From Haliotis cracherodii (lineage: Eukaryota), in the NCBI RefSeq assembly GCF_022045235.1, contig NW_027266267.1:32860001-32924000 (forward strand): 64,000 bases of DNA, read 5' to 3'. The translations under genes were made by a program, and so were the position numbers. Numbering within the stretch: the first letter of the stretch is position 1; every line of letters starts with the position of its first letter. The notes under the pieces are model-generated. The model did not search any database and was not told the DNA's origin. It was given only the letters and a program-made list of their open reading frames with translations. Shown in pieces: positions 13,320-25,400 of the stretch.

Positions 13320-13380
13320 TGTAGTAAATGCAGGCTATCCAAGCCAGGGTTATTGTGCACAGGCGGCCTTGCTTCCACAT
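13320..13380 (-). CDS. Copy D signal-peptide exon (MWKQGRLCTITLAWIACIYY)
   Basis: 61 nt with intact ATG, acceptor ttgcag and donor gtgagt. Confidence 0.8.
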
Positions 13381-13532
13381 GTTCAGGCAGATTTAACTGC
13401 AATAAAAATTATGTTTACAAAGGAAAGCATAAAATTATTTGCAAATGAGAAGGAAATTATGTTCAAAGTCTCCCACGTTAACTGAAGATTCAGAAGATTA
13501 TATAACAGTTGTAATCTCACTTTTCATTAAAA

Positions 13533-13710
13533 TACAGAAAACTACGTTTATAACGAACACGCTTATAACGAACTGACAGATATAACGAACTAATTTTTGG
13601 TCCCGGCAATTTGCTGTATATATGCTGTATATATGCATATAACGAACTGCGTTTATAACGAGCTACAATTACTGGTCCCTTTAAGTTCGCTATAACAGTA
13701 GTTTACTGTA
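13533..13710. mobile_element. Tc1/pogo-type MITE
   Basis: TA-CAG(a/t)AAACTAC...TATAACGAAC terminal inverted repeats. Same family as 49688-49865. Confidence 0.75.
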
Positions 13711-14189
13711 CTAGCTTCGGTTGGTTATGGGGCGGGCATATATTTTCCATGTAGCCCGCTCATGATCATGAAGCCTGCTGAGAATCAATCGGAACTCATC
13801 GAAGGTAACTTGTATATCACGAATAAGTATCGTTGAGTTGAAATGAACCGATGTTTATTCAAATGCTTTGTGTAAAAGGAAGTAACACGGTTCGTTTGCG
13901 TTGTCTGCTACGAGTGAAACTGCGGACGTACAGTCCGGACAGTGTACATCACACCATATACCCTCGAGATCGGTTGACGTATGTCATCTTTATCTGAAGT
14001 TCAGTTCGATGGGATCTCTTCCAGCACCGTCGTGTGACAAATGATTTCAAGTAATACTGCAGCTCCGCTCAGTTGAACTGCTAAGTTCTACCCAGAGCAC
14101 GATAAACATACTTTCTGTTGAAGACCGATTCTAAGATCGAATGTAAGATTTGTGTACGCAACAACATTAGTATTATGATGAAACCTTAC

Positions 14190-14540
14190 CTGAGGTTGAA
14201 ATCATTACTTGTGTGACTATGGTGGCAACAGCTCAAGTGTGTAGTGTTTGCTTATATAGATTGTAGATGTGTTGAGGCACTTTGATCAAAACCAGCTCAC
14301 GAGCACAAGATGTAACACACTGATCTCATGCTCCTACTAGTTATGTGAATGTAGTTTCTCACCTCCTTGTCTGTGTTATAGTGCTGGTCACTTTAATGTC
14401 AGTGTTAGCATACGGAAGATTTTCATAAGGAACACGAAACTCATTGTTATCAATTTCCTTTCCACGTGGTGACAAGACATATTTATCCTGATTGATTATG
14501 AATAAGATAGCTTACATGTTTAAACATATCATATGCAGCA
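14190..14540 (-). promoter_or_regulatory. Copy D putative exon 1 and proximal promoter
   Basis: Donor ctcag|gtaagg at 14190, TATATAAG near 14255, and block homology with 5870-6175. Confidence 0.5.
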
Positions 14541-14904
14541 TGGAGCGCGATCTTCCATGTACCAACATCTGTCACCCAACAAGTGCAGTGGAGTGTGTGA
14601 GGCGTTCATGGTTCATTTGAGTGACTTTGCTGAAGTTGAGAAAGGGGATTATAATTTTCCTTACAGTTAACACAACATTTGGCGGAACGTTTGTCTTACA
14701 AGAGTTACGTCCCCGCAAATTATCTCCCTTTTATCGTAAGTGTCACGCACGTACACAAACTACTGGGTACCTATTTACAACAGTTCCACATTGACAAGGC
14801 AAAATAATGACAGATGGTTTTTAAGTCGCAATAACAAGGGTTGGTGAAACGTCCCTGCGTGGTAGGTAGAGAGAATTTGCGTTTCAAGGATTTACATTTG
14901 TAGT

Positions 14905-15250
14905 GTCCGGGTTCTTCCCTCGGGAGGTCTTGGTACTTCGTTCTCCAGGAGGTCCTGGTACTGCTTTCCCCAGGAGGTCCTGGTACTACTTCCCTCTGGA
15001 GGTCATGGAACTTCTTCTCTCTAGAGGTCCTGGACCTTCTTCCTTCTGGAGGTCCTAGTACTTCTTCCCTCTGGAGGTCCTGGAACTTCTTCTCTCGGGA
15101 GGTCTTGGTACTTCGTTCTCCAGGAGGTCCTTGTACTTCTTCTCTCTGGAGGTCTTGGTACTTCTTCCCTCTCGAGGTCTCGGTACTTCTTCCCTCTCGA
15201 GGCCCCCGGTACTTCTTCTCTCTCGAGGCCTTGGTACTTCTTCCCTCTGG
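14905..15250. repeat. 25-bp minisatellite, about 13 copies
   Basis: Unit ggaggtcctggtacttcttccctct. Confidence 0.9.
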
Positions 15251-15409
15251 TTGTTTGTTTGTTTGTTTATTTCTTGTTTAACGCCACCCTTAGCAAGATT
15301 CCAGCCTTATGACGGCGGTCTGTAGGTACTGGTACTTTTTCCCTCTGGAGGTCTTGGTGCGTCTTGGATCTGAAAATCCTAGTTCTTCTTCTTCTTCTTC
15401 TTTGGCCGG

Positions 15410-15595
15410 ACCCCTGCCTCACAGGACCATATGACACAGTTGAACCAACCAACTCAACTCGAAAGGGAGCACGGGAATCACGCACGCACGAATACGGTGT
15501 TAGCGTTGGGCCTCTCAACGTGCGTGATTCCCGTGCACCCTTTCGAGTTGAGTTGATTGGTTCAACTGTGTCATATGGCCCGGTGACGCAGGGGT
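15410..15595. repeat. Fold-back inverted repeat (about 78-bp arms, about 30-bp spacer), probable MITE
   Basis: ccatatgacacagttgaaccaa.caactcaactcgaaaggg.gcacgggaatcacgcacg and its reverse complement. Confidence 0.85.
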
Positions 15596-17806
15596 AGCAT
15601 TACGCAGATGGCTGTTTCAATGAATGGTCGTTCCACCCGTGACGAACAGGTCTGGTTGTTGATGAAATATAGTGATAGCTAAATAGACAGATTTTTGATT
15701 CATGCACCGATTGTCTTTAAATGTAATATCCAGTTATGTATGACTGTTTAATAATCTCATACCAACTTTGACTGGAGTAGGTCCGATAGTTTTTCAGATA
15801 TTGTAGTAAACGTCGGTACCTTAAATTACCTTCCAGACTATAACTGTCGTTCGGACTACCCCGTGTTAAATATTTCGAGGTTGCACGATAAGAAAACACA
15901 TTCCATGTGTCACTTTCATGATCTGGTAAGCGACGCCCTGATTGTTTGGATGAAAGGTCGTTCCCGTAATGGGATATCCTCAGATCTTTGTTCAGCGATA
16001 GGGAGAACTAAGATCTTATTTTAATGTAAAAGAAACTGTCTGTCTGCCTTGAACTCATTCGTCTGCAGTACAGCCCCTTTGTTTTCGCAGCCCCTCAGAA
16101 GCTCTACTTTGTGGGAAATAACGCCAATGACAACTCCAAAGATTCCAATTCTGACATGATAGTACCATATTCATAACGACCCAGTAATGCATCGCACAAG
16201 GCACGATGGTAATATATATATAATAATCTATAATGTCAATAGCTGACTGATACCATGCAAACGATACCATATCATTTAATGTATAAATAGCGTTAAGAGT
16301 TGATCATGTATCAAAAGTATACACATAAATCATTAATATCCCATATACAGCATGTTTGTAGAGACGCATACATAACCATACCAGACTATCAGAGTGACCT
16401 CCATTAGCGCCATATCAAATTTTCAAGCCAACTGCTGCAGGAAGGTAAAGGATCTCAAGCGAGTAAGCTGTCGCTTCAAGTTGAGTAAGTCAGTATTGTT
16501 TTACGCCGTGTTTGCAATATTTAACAAACGTCATTGCAGGGGACATCAGAAATGAGCTTCGCAAGGTGTGCATGTTGGGACCAGAGCCTGGCGCCTCGGA
16601 GCAGCAAACATTTGGTCAGCCAGAATCTGAAAGCATAAACAGAAACTCCATGGTGTGGGACGGCAAACTGGAGGGTTGCATCTTGGTGGGGTGCATCATC
16701 ACATTGCTGGCTACATTCCACTTGTCTTTACTGGTGCTCTTTGCCAAGGATTACACGGGGCAAAACTGGTGGCAAGGAGGAGGGTAAACACAAGGGCCAG
16801 TAGTTGTATTGCTATAGCACACAACTAACTATGAGAGGTCAACAAGTGTTACATTGCTTTCTGTCAATGTAATGCATGTAAAACGACAGAAAAGTTCAAA
16901 ATAACCCGCAGAACATCAGACAGAGGTGCATCATCATCAAGGTTGCATTATTCAATAAGTATTTATATCAACAATCGAGAGCTAAATTTTAATGACGCAA
17001 CTCGGAATACATAAAACTAGCAATACCTATACACAAATATACTATTAATTACATTAATTAAAATGATATTATAATTGAATTGCTTAGATCGATGCTCATG
17101 ATATCAATCACTCACTTGTTTGGTCTAAACAGAACGCCGCATATTGCTTGAATATTGCCGAGTGCGGCGTTAAACAACAAACACAAAAACAAACAAAACA
17201 TGAAAGTGGAGTGCAGCATTAAACAACAAACAAACAAATTAACGAATACCGGTATCATGTTTTGACTACATACTCACTTGTCCTGATACTTCCTGAAAAT
17301 ATTTAATGTATGTATGTAATTAAATGTATGTAAGATGGTACATTTGGAACTAGAACGAGGCACATGTTTAATTAATCAGATTCCTGGAAAAAAAGGTTCA
17401 GGATTAACAATTTGATGTAAACTGTATGAATATGTTTGAAGGATGATTGTTTCAATGAATGCAGGATTGAAGAAACAAAATATATATTAGATACCAACAG
17501 TTTGTATATCATCATATAAACAACAGCTTGGACATTGATGACAATGGCATCAAACATAGATTTACAAATCTTCAGTAATAATTATTTATAGTCAGTGAAT
17601 ATACGTGTTTTACGGCACTTTGAACAGTGTTTCAGTTATGTCACGGCGTGTCAGCTTAATGTTGGAGGATATCCTGCTTTGGTCGGATATGGTGATGACA
17701 AACCATTGATCATATTCAGGGATTCGAACCCGTGATCATGGCACTCTGGGAAACAAAGACCTGGTCAGACATCAATGCACTGAAACCAAGAACAAGACAT
17801 ACTCAC

Positions 17807-18100
17807 TCTCCACCGTCAGCTGACACACGGGGACGGGGACGGCTCCAACTACAGCCGCATCCAGGACCTTCCATGTGCCAGCATCTACCACCCCCACGCT
17901 GTGTATGGTCAGTGTAATGTGAGTAGCATTTATGTCCGCACTGTATCCACGCAGAGGGCTGCAGCTGGGGTTGCATGTGACGACATACCGGCCATCATTA
18001 GGTCGTTCCCACACAAAGCCAGTGTAGCTGCTTCTGTCGGTCTGAATTGTGTATGGCGTATTAAGCAGTGCCACTCCTCCAACACACGGGGAATCAGCCG
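17807..18100 (-). CDS. Copy C orphan Ig domain 1 exon (5' end in N gap)
   Basis: Open frame ADSPCVGG...VCQLTVE|gtgagt, very similar to copy D. No leader exon upstream and no Ig2 downstream, so function is uncertain. Confidence 0.55.
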
Positions 18101-19022
18101 NNNNNNNNNNNNNNNNNNNNNNNNNNNNNNNNNNNNNNNNNNNNNNNNNNNNNNNNNNNNNNNNNNNNNNNNNNNNNNNNNNNNNNNNNNNNNNNNNNNN
18201 NNNNNNNNNNNNNNNNNNNNNNNNNNNNNNNNNNNNNNNNNNNNNNNNNNNNNNNNNNNNNNNNNNNNNNNNNNNNNNNNNNNNNNNNNNNNNNNNNNNN
18301 NNNNNNNNNNNNNNNNNNNNNNNNNNNNNNNNNNNNNNNNNNNNNNNNNNNNNNNNNNNNNNNNNNNNNNNNNNNNNNNNNNNNNNNNNTGGTGTTGTAA
18401 AACTCAAACCAAGGAATAACACATTAATGCAACAAGCGTACATTTTCTTCACACCCTGTACCCATGTGTGAAATAATAAAATGTCATATTATTGATATAT
18501 TCTATTGGGAATCCGTCGTTGGCTTGAGTATGTGTTAAGTACAACGTTAATCTCGGTAAACACTCATTACGCCGGAAACCTAATCGCCATGTTTGCTTGA
18601 TGCTGCAGATATAGCCAAACGCGACTGAATATAAATACAACCCATAAACGTAGAAAATTGAACGTCAACATTTGCAACCTAATCAAAATTAGACGTTCGA
18701 TAAAGGCGAGCCAAAACCTCATCAGCGACATCAATCAGAGTCATATATCAACAAACACGTAATATTTTGTATTAACTTTGATAATTTAACATTGCATTTA
18801 CTTTTGAAAACATTTTGTTCAACCCTGTGTTATTTTAGCGAGACGACAAAATGGCGCCTAAAGCAACCGAGGAAGGAGTTCGTGTACACAACTTACCAAC
18901 ACGGCAGGGGGCGTCATGTGTCCTGCATATTTACCTACTTCCCCATTGTACCCACCATGTATTAAGTAGCATTGAGTAAGTTACATCACATTCCAGTGAA
19001 CCCTCCATTCAGCATTATCTAC

Positions 19023-19072
19023 CTACTGAATGTTTCGCGAATCACGTTGTAGTGACAGCCTCGTTTTGACCC
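19023..19072 (-). pseudogene. Copy B remnant of FN3 exon 3' end (GQNEAVTTT*FAKHSV|gtagat)
   Basis: Matches 42693-42742. The Cys codon has become TGA and the rest of the exon is absent. Confidence 0.7.
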
Positions 19073-19284
19073 GTCCCCAACAACCCTTCAAGCCCCTTCC
19101 TAATCACATAAAACTACCAGGCTGTCTACTCATTTGTCGCATGTTTAATTGTGACATTTGATCTACCCAAATCGTATTTCACCTTCTCAAAGCAAGAAAC
19201 TGTAAGTCTAGGGCATTGAATATTTTGCAGTCTTTACCAGTTTCAATCTTCATAAAAATCGACTAACACATTCGTCCAACTCAC

Positions 19285-19578
19285 CAAGCCTCCTCAAACC
19301 GTCACAGTTTACATCCCAGCTGCTGACGTCACACGTATAGCTGACTGTGACGTCACCGAGTCGGGCTGGTGTCACACTGAAGGTGCTGGAAGTGATAACA
19401 TCGCTGACGTCAGTGACGTTGTGCTTCATCAACATCTCCGTGACGTTGCCAGTAGTGAGATAAAAGCCAGCTTCCTGTGAACAGTAGTACCCTCTGATGT
19501 CTACTATCAGTGTCAGGTTTGTATTGGGCTGGAGGGCTGTTGGGTCTGCATCACTGCTGACGTTGCACCGGGGGAGTT
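19285..19578 (-). CDS. Copy B Ig-like domain 2 exon
   Basis: 294 nt, phase 1-1, intact splice sites, open frame. Confidence 0.8.
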
Positions 19579-20282
19579 CTGTGAATACAAGATGAGATAA
19601 CTGCTGATGTAGACTAATGTAGAATGTAGGAAAATAGTTATTTACTTGTTCGGGTATGGGCAAGAGCCCAGATTTAACCCTGTGTTTATACACGGAGCAA
19701 GTGGACCTGTAATGAGAAACCAGTGAAGTGACATCAAAATCATAGTGTTGAATGTCTGGTGTGTTATTAGGCAGGATGATAACCCCTTCACATCATGATA
19801 ACTGATTCAGATGTCAGGTAGTGCCATAGTGACCAATTCGTGATAACTCCCCAAACTATTTGTTGTTAGAAATAATGTGACTATAACACAAACCCTCCTC
19901 CAATTCTTCTCTCGACGTGATGTGCAAACTGTGTCTAGTACAGTGTTTAAACAATTTATGATTTGGAGAGATAAAAACAAAGAATATTGTCTAAAGAAAT
20001 ACCGACTTGGCAACCCATAAGCCTATTGCATTATCGTGGGTTCGAATGCAAGGTCCGCCCTGATTATATGTCCTGGTTTGTCAGCATTATACCCGTGTTT
20101 GTGGGTTTCATCAAGTTGTACAGTGTCAGTGCTAAACGCCATGAAAGTAACTCCTCAAATACTGTTCAAAGCAGCGTCAAACAAAGCTCCCTCACTCACT
20201 TCGAACATGTGTTTGTCTGCTGCCAAGGACGACATTATTCCTCCGTCGTTTTATTTTGTAAGCAAGGACCTGAACTACTCAC

Positions 20283-20585
20283 TTGCCACTCTCAGCTGAC
20301 ACACGTCGACAGGGATGGCTCCAACTACATTTCCATCCACGATCTTCCATGTACCAGCATCTGCCACCCCAACACTGTGTATAGTGAGTGTAGAGTGTGT
20401 GTCGTTCACCGTTGCTCTGTATCCAGCCACAGGGCTACAACTGGGGTTGCAGGTGACGACATACCGGCCATCAGTGGGTCGTACCCATGAAAAGCCAGTG
20501 TAGTTGCTTCTGTCCCCCTGAATAGTGTATTCTGTACCGAGCGCCGCCACCCCTGCCACACACGGGGGATCCGCCGAATCAACAC
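20283..20585 (-). CDS. Copy B Ig domain 1 exon
   Basis: 303 nt, intact splice sites, 9 aa differences from copy A by my count. Confidence 0.82.
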
Positions 20586-20823
20586 CTGCAATGAGTGAAG
20601 TTTTATGCGCTACCAGCAATGTTCCAACTTTATCACAAGCGGGTAACACAAGGGATTGACTTCACAAACTGTACATAAGGTAATTCGAGACTGTGTGACT
20701 GGCGAGCGCTTTAAACACAACGCCACTCTTCCCTCACATTTACGATACTGAAAATGGTGTTGTAAAAGTAAAACCAATGGATAACATATGAATCTGATAA
20801 TGCAAGAATCATTAAAACCTCAC

Positions 20824-20884
20824 TGTAGTGAATGCAGGCTATCCAACCAAGGGTGATAGTATAGAGGTGGCCGTGCTTCCACAT
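20824..20884 (-). CDS. Copy B signal-peptide exon (MWKHGHLYTITLGWIACIHY)
   Basis: 61 nt with intact ATG and donor. Paralog of 47962-48022. Confidence 0.8.
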
Positions 20885-21307
20885 GTCCAGGCAGAGAACT
20901 GGAACCAAGAATAATTACATTATTTTCTTAAAACTCAGAAAATTCAGCGATTAATCATAAATATAAGTTTCTTGTTGGCACCACCATCTTCACTGGTCAT
21001 AGTTGTCGATGTTCCATAAATAAAATATCTTCACCTTTATTATCGAATTGTATGATACTTTACTGAACGTCTGGACAATGAAATCCAATGACATTAACAT
21101 CAAGAGTCCTCTCACAACGGACACCATAACGAAGGCCAATTACATCCACAGTCCACTTACTACATTGATAAGGATTTCACTACATGTATACTCAATCCAC
21201 TTGATTGTACCTGGTCAGAGATAGTGCCTTGGATCTATGTTTATATAATTATGAATGTTGATTTATACATTTGGAGATTTAAGGTATTCTCACTGAAGAT
21301 TCGATAC

Positions 21308-21531
21308 CAGTGTTCGAAATAAGCACCTGTCCGTAGGCCCGTGGCAGGTAGATTTCGTGTCGGGCCCGTAGTTTCACATTTGTATTTGTCCTTATTCCCT
21401 GCAGTAGATTTACGCGTCGGTGTATTTGTTATAATCAGCTGCAGTTTTCTTAATGAGGGTGTGAAAAGTTTAGTCAGGGCCTGCAGCTCCTAAAGTCTGT
21501 GGGTCCTGATGGCAGCATATTTCAAACACCG
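21308..21531. mobile_element. hAT-like MITE
   Basis: TIR cagtgttcgaaata / tatttcaaacaccg and 8-bp TSD ttc(g/a)atac. Confidence 0.7.
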
Positions 21532-21560
21532 TTCAATACCCCTTGATTTAATTTGGAACC

Positions 21561-22470
21561 GAGCTCTTTACCATTACGGCAAGAACGCTTGAAGAGTCTG
21601 AAGCTTTTCACCATGACAGCAAGAACGCTTGAAGAGTCTGAAGCTTTTTACCATGACGGCAAGAACGCTTGAAGAGTCTGAAGCTTTTCACCATGACGGC
21701 AAGAACGCTTGAAGAGTCTGAAGCTTTTTATCACGACGGCAAGAACGCTTGAAGGGTCTGAAGCTCTTTACCATGACAGCAAGAACGCTTGAAGGGTCTG
21801 AAGCTTTTTACCATGACAGGAAGAACTCTTGAAGGGTCTGAAGCTCTTTACCATGACGGCAAGAACGCTTGAAGAGTCTGAAGCTTTTTACCATGACGGC
21901 GAGAACGTTTGAAGGGTCTGAAGCTCTTTACCATGACGGCAAGAACGCTTGAAGAGTCTGAAGCTTTTCACCATGACGGCAAGAACGCTTGAAGAGTCTG
22001 AAGCTTTTTACCATGACGGCAAGAACGCTTGAAGGGTCTGAAGCTCTTTACCATGACAGCAAGAACGCTTGAAGGGTCTGAAGCTTTTTACCATGACAGC
22101 AAGAACGCTTGAAGGGTCTGAAGCTCTTTACCATGACGGCAAGAACGCTTGAAGAGTCTGAAGCTTTTTACCATGACGGCGAGAACGTTTGAAGGGTCTG
22201 AAGCTCTTTACCATGACAGCAAGAATGCTTGAAGGGTCTGAAGCTCTTTACCATGACAGCAAGAACGCTTGAAGGGTCTGAAGCTTTTTACCATGACAGC
22301 GAGAACGCTTGAAGTGTCTGAAGCTCTTTACCATGACGGCAAGAACGCTTGAAGGGTCTGAAGTTCTTTACCATGACGGCAAGAACGCTTGAAGAGTCTG
22401 AAACTTTTTACCATGACGGCAAGAACGCTTGAAGAGTCTGAAGCTCTATACCATGACGGCAAGAACGCTT
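21561..22470. repeat. 40-bp minisatellite, about 23 copies
   Basis: Unit ccatgacggcaagaacgcttgaagagtctgaagcttttta. Confidence 0.97.
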
Positions 22471-22702
22471 TAAATAAGGAGTCTTTTGGAAGGCGTAATT
22501 ACGAATAACTAAGCACCCAATTCTCTCCTGTTATGCCTGACCGGGAATCCTGGATCATCAGCCAAAGCCGAGCACCAGGAATTGACTGTGCTTTGGCGAC
22601 TCCCACTCATTGATTCCAAGAATAAGAACTAGCTACTTGCTCTTGCTCAAAAGTTGTTTCATTGGGGTAACAACATTGAAGGCATTGTGTGTTATCTCAG
22701 TT

Positions 22703-22940
22703 GTGTGTTTGTAGTTTAATCCCGCACTGCACAATATTCCAGCTATATGACGGTGGTGCGTAAATAATTGAGGCTGGACCAGACAATCCAGTGATTGACG
22801 ACCATGAGCATCGATCTACGCAACTGTGATAAGACGACATGCATCAACTAAGTCAGCAAATCTGACCACCCGATACCGTTAGTCGCCTCTTACAAGCATT
22901 AGTTGGTGAAGATCAATTCTAACCTGGAATCTTCATGGGA
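22703..22940 (-). mobile_element. Repeat family 2 copy
   Basis: Similarity to 63455-63716. Confidence 0.75.
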
Positions 22941-23385
22941 CTTGCAACTGAAGGCATTGGTAAAGCTTTCAAAACGTTTTATGGTAGACGTGGAGGACAT
23001 TTCCAAACTTGACGCATCAGTGACAAATATGATGTCCGATGCAATTTCCTATTTTAATTTGTACCATATGTTCCCGTGTTTGCTTCAGGTGAATAGTTGA
23101 CGTGCAAAAATATTCCTGTATCCGAAATAAAAGTTACAATTCGAATCAATTTAACATGATCCCAACTAGCAAATGTGTGTCAAATACTTTATATATCTTC
23201 TACTTCCATTCTATACGTAAAAGAACCATTCCCCGTACCATACCAAAGTCGGTGGTTGAGCAGGAGACACACATTATGTCACAGAAGGAAAAATGTAACA
23301 TTTGGAAACAACAGGAACATCAGCCTAAACCGCAGCAAACTTAGAAACCATACTCTGTGTATCAATTCTAGCAACGTCATGTGAC

Positions 23386-23983
23386 AAATGCTCTCAAGTC
23401 GCCATTACTAATGCTTTAGCTCCGCTCAGTTCAACCATGAAATGCTCTCAAGCCGCCATTACTAATGCTTTACCTCCGCTCAGTTCAACCATGAAATACT
23501 CTCAAGCCGCCATTACTAATGCTTTACCTCCGCTCAGTTCAACCATGAAATGCTCTCAAGCCGCCATTACTAATGCTTTACCTCCGCTCAGTTCAACCAT
23601 GAAATACTCTCAAGCCGCCATTACTAATGCTTTAGCACCGCTCAGTTCAACCATGAAATACTCTCAAGCCGCCATTACTAATGCTTTAGCACTGCTCAGT
23701 TCAACCATGAAATGCTCTCAAGCCGCCATTACTAATGCTTTACCTCCGCTCAGTTCAACCATGAAATACTCTCATGCTGCCATTACTAATGCTTTAGCAC
23801 CGCTCATTTCAACCATGAAATGCTCTCAAGCCGCCATTACTAATGCTTTACCTCCGCTCAGTTCAACCATGAAATACTCTCAAGCCGCCATTACTAATGC
23901 TTTACCTCCGCTCAGTTCAACCATGAAATACTCTCAAGCCGCCATTACTAATGCTTTACCTCCGCTCAGTTCAACCATGAAAT
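23386..23983. repeat. 54-bp minisatellite, about 11 copies
   Basis: Unit aaatgctctcaagccgccattactaatgctttacctccgctcagttcaaccatg. Confidence 0.97.
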
Positions 23984-24154
23984 TACATACGGCAGTACAG
24001 ACACAGAACACTTAAATCGAAGATAATAATATAACAGTTTACACTTTAATGTCGACATTTAGTCTACGAATAGCGCGACATAATCTAATGACTCCGATGT
24101 TAACTAGGTAGTTCGTGTATTTGTAGCGCTCAGTTCCATTCTACTGATACATGT

Positions 24155-24404
24155 GACCCGTGAAGATCCGGGGTACAATAGGTCTTGAGCAACCCATGCT
24201 TGTCGTAAGAGGAGACTATACTTGTCGTAAGAGGCGACTAGCGGGATCGGGTGGTCAGGCTCGCTGACTTGGTTGATGCATGTCATCGTATCCTAAATGC
24301 GTAGATCGATGCTCATGATGTCAATCACTTGATTGTCTGGTCCAGACTCGATTATTTACAGACCGCCGTCATATAGTGCGGCGTTAAACAAAAAACAAAC
24401 AAAC
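24155..24404 (+). mobile_element. Repeat family 2 copy
   Basis: Starts acccgtgaagatccggg and ends with an (aaac)n tail. Confidence 0.78.
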
Positions 24405-24587
24405 TGAAACATGATATAGTTCTTTGTAACATGTAAAGGGACGCCAGACTATTCAACTCTTTGTCAAACCAAATTCAGTGGTTGAGCCATTGAACATATA
24501 TTCTGTTGAAGACGCAGGAAATGTATTAGTATTATATAAAACAAAATTAACATGAGGGTAAAACCTTGCCTGAGTTTAACTCCTTAC

Positions 24588-24722
24588 CTGTGTGTCAATG
24601 GTGGTAGCAACAGCACAGTCGTGCTTACATGTGTCAGGAGACACTGTGTCCTCTCTACATATACCTTCTCCTTGATCGAAACCAGCTCACGAGGACAACA
24701 TGTACTGAACTGATCTCATAAT
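24588..24722 (-). promoter_or_regulatory. Copy B putative non-coding exon 1 / core promoter
   Basis: Homologous to 50585-50724, donor cacag|gtaagg. Confidence 0.5.
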
Positions 24723-25199
24723 CGGCTTACTGAGTGGCTGAAATGTTTTATTATCGTGGAGACCCGGGTTAGAAACTTCCTCAGCAGGCTGGTGCCTGTC
24801 AACCAACAAGACCAGTGTTGGCAGGCTCCATGAAAGGGTTAATTGCGTGCTATCATACTCGGAGAGGTGAACAACGTACGTGGTAGAAGTCAGTGTTATG
24901 TCTGGACAATACTTAAATATATTAAAGGTCAACGTGATGTAGCTCGAATAGTACTGGCTGCGGCGTCACTCACTCACTCAAACACTCACGCATTCGCTTT
25001 CTTGCAATTCAGAAAAATGACATTAAACAATAAATGTTTACACATTTTACTGAGGGTATAAATTCAGTGTAGCAGGATATATTATGAGGGCTATAACCTT
25101 AGTCTATGATGTTGAACTTTTGAATTGTAATATCGGAATTCAAAACTCTCATTTAAATATGACACTGTATGACCTTGAAGTGTCGAACACCTGTCTTAT

Positions 25200-25400
25200 A
25201 ATCGAGAGCGAATGGTCCGGGGTTTGATCCCCTGGTCGTGTCATATCAGAATACGTTAAACGATGGTACTTGTTGTTACACTTCCTGGCGCTCGGCATTA
25301 AGAGGGTAAAACAATGTCTGGTCGGCTTATCTGAGTGGGGTATGCATGTTAAACTGCGGCATGGTATCTCGCACTATTAAAAAAGGTCTAGACTTCTAAG
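25200..25400 (+). mobile_element. Degenerate SINE family 3 copy
   Basis: Similar to 51804-52020. Confidence 0.5.

Noticed and set aside
23437-24015. 192-aa mucin-like ORF (SQAAITNALPPLSSTMK)n
   Set aside because: In-frame 54-bp repeat on the strand opposite the gene, derived from intron sequence that is single-copy in paralogs.
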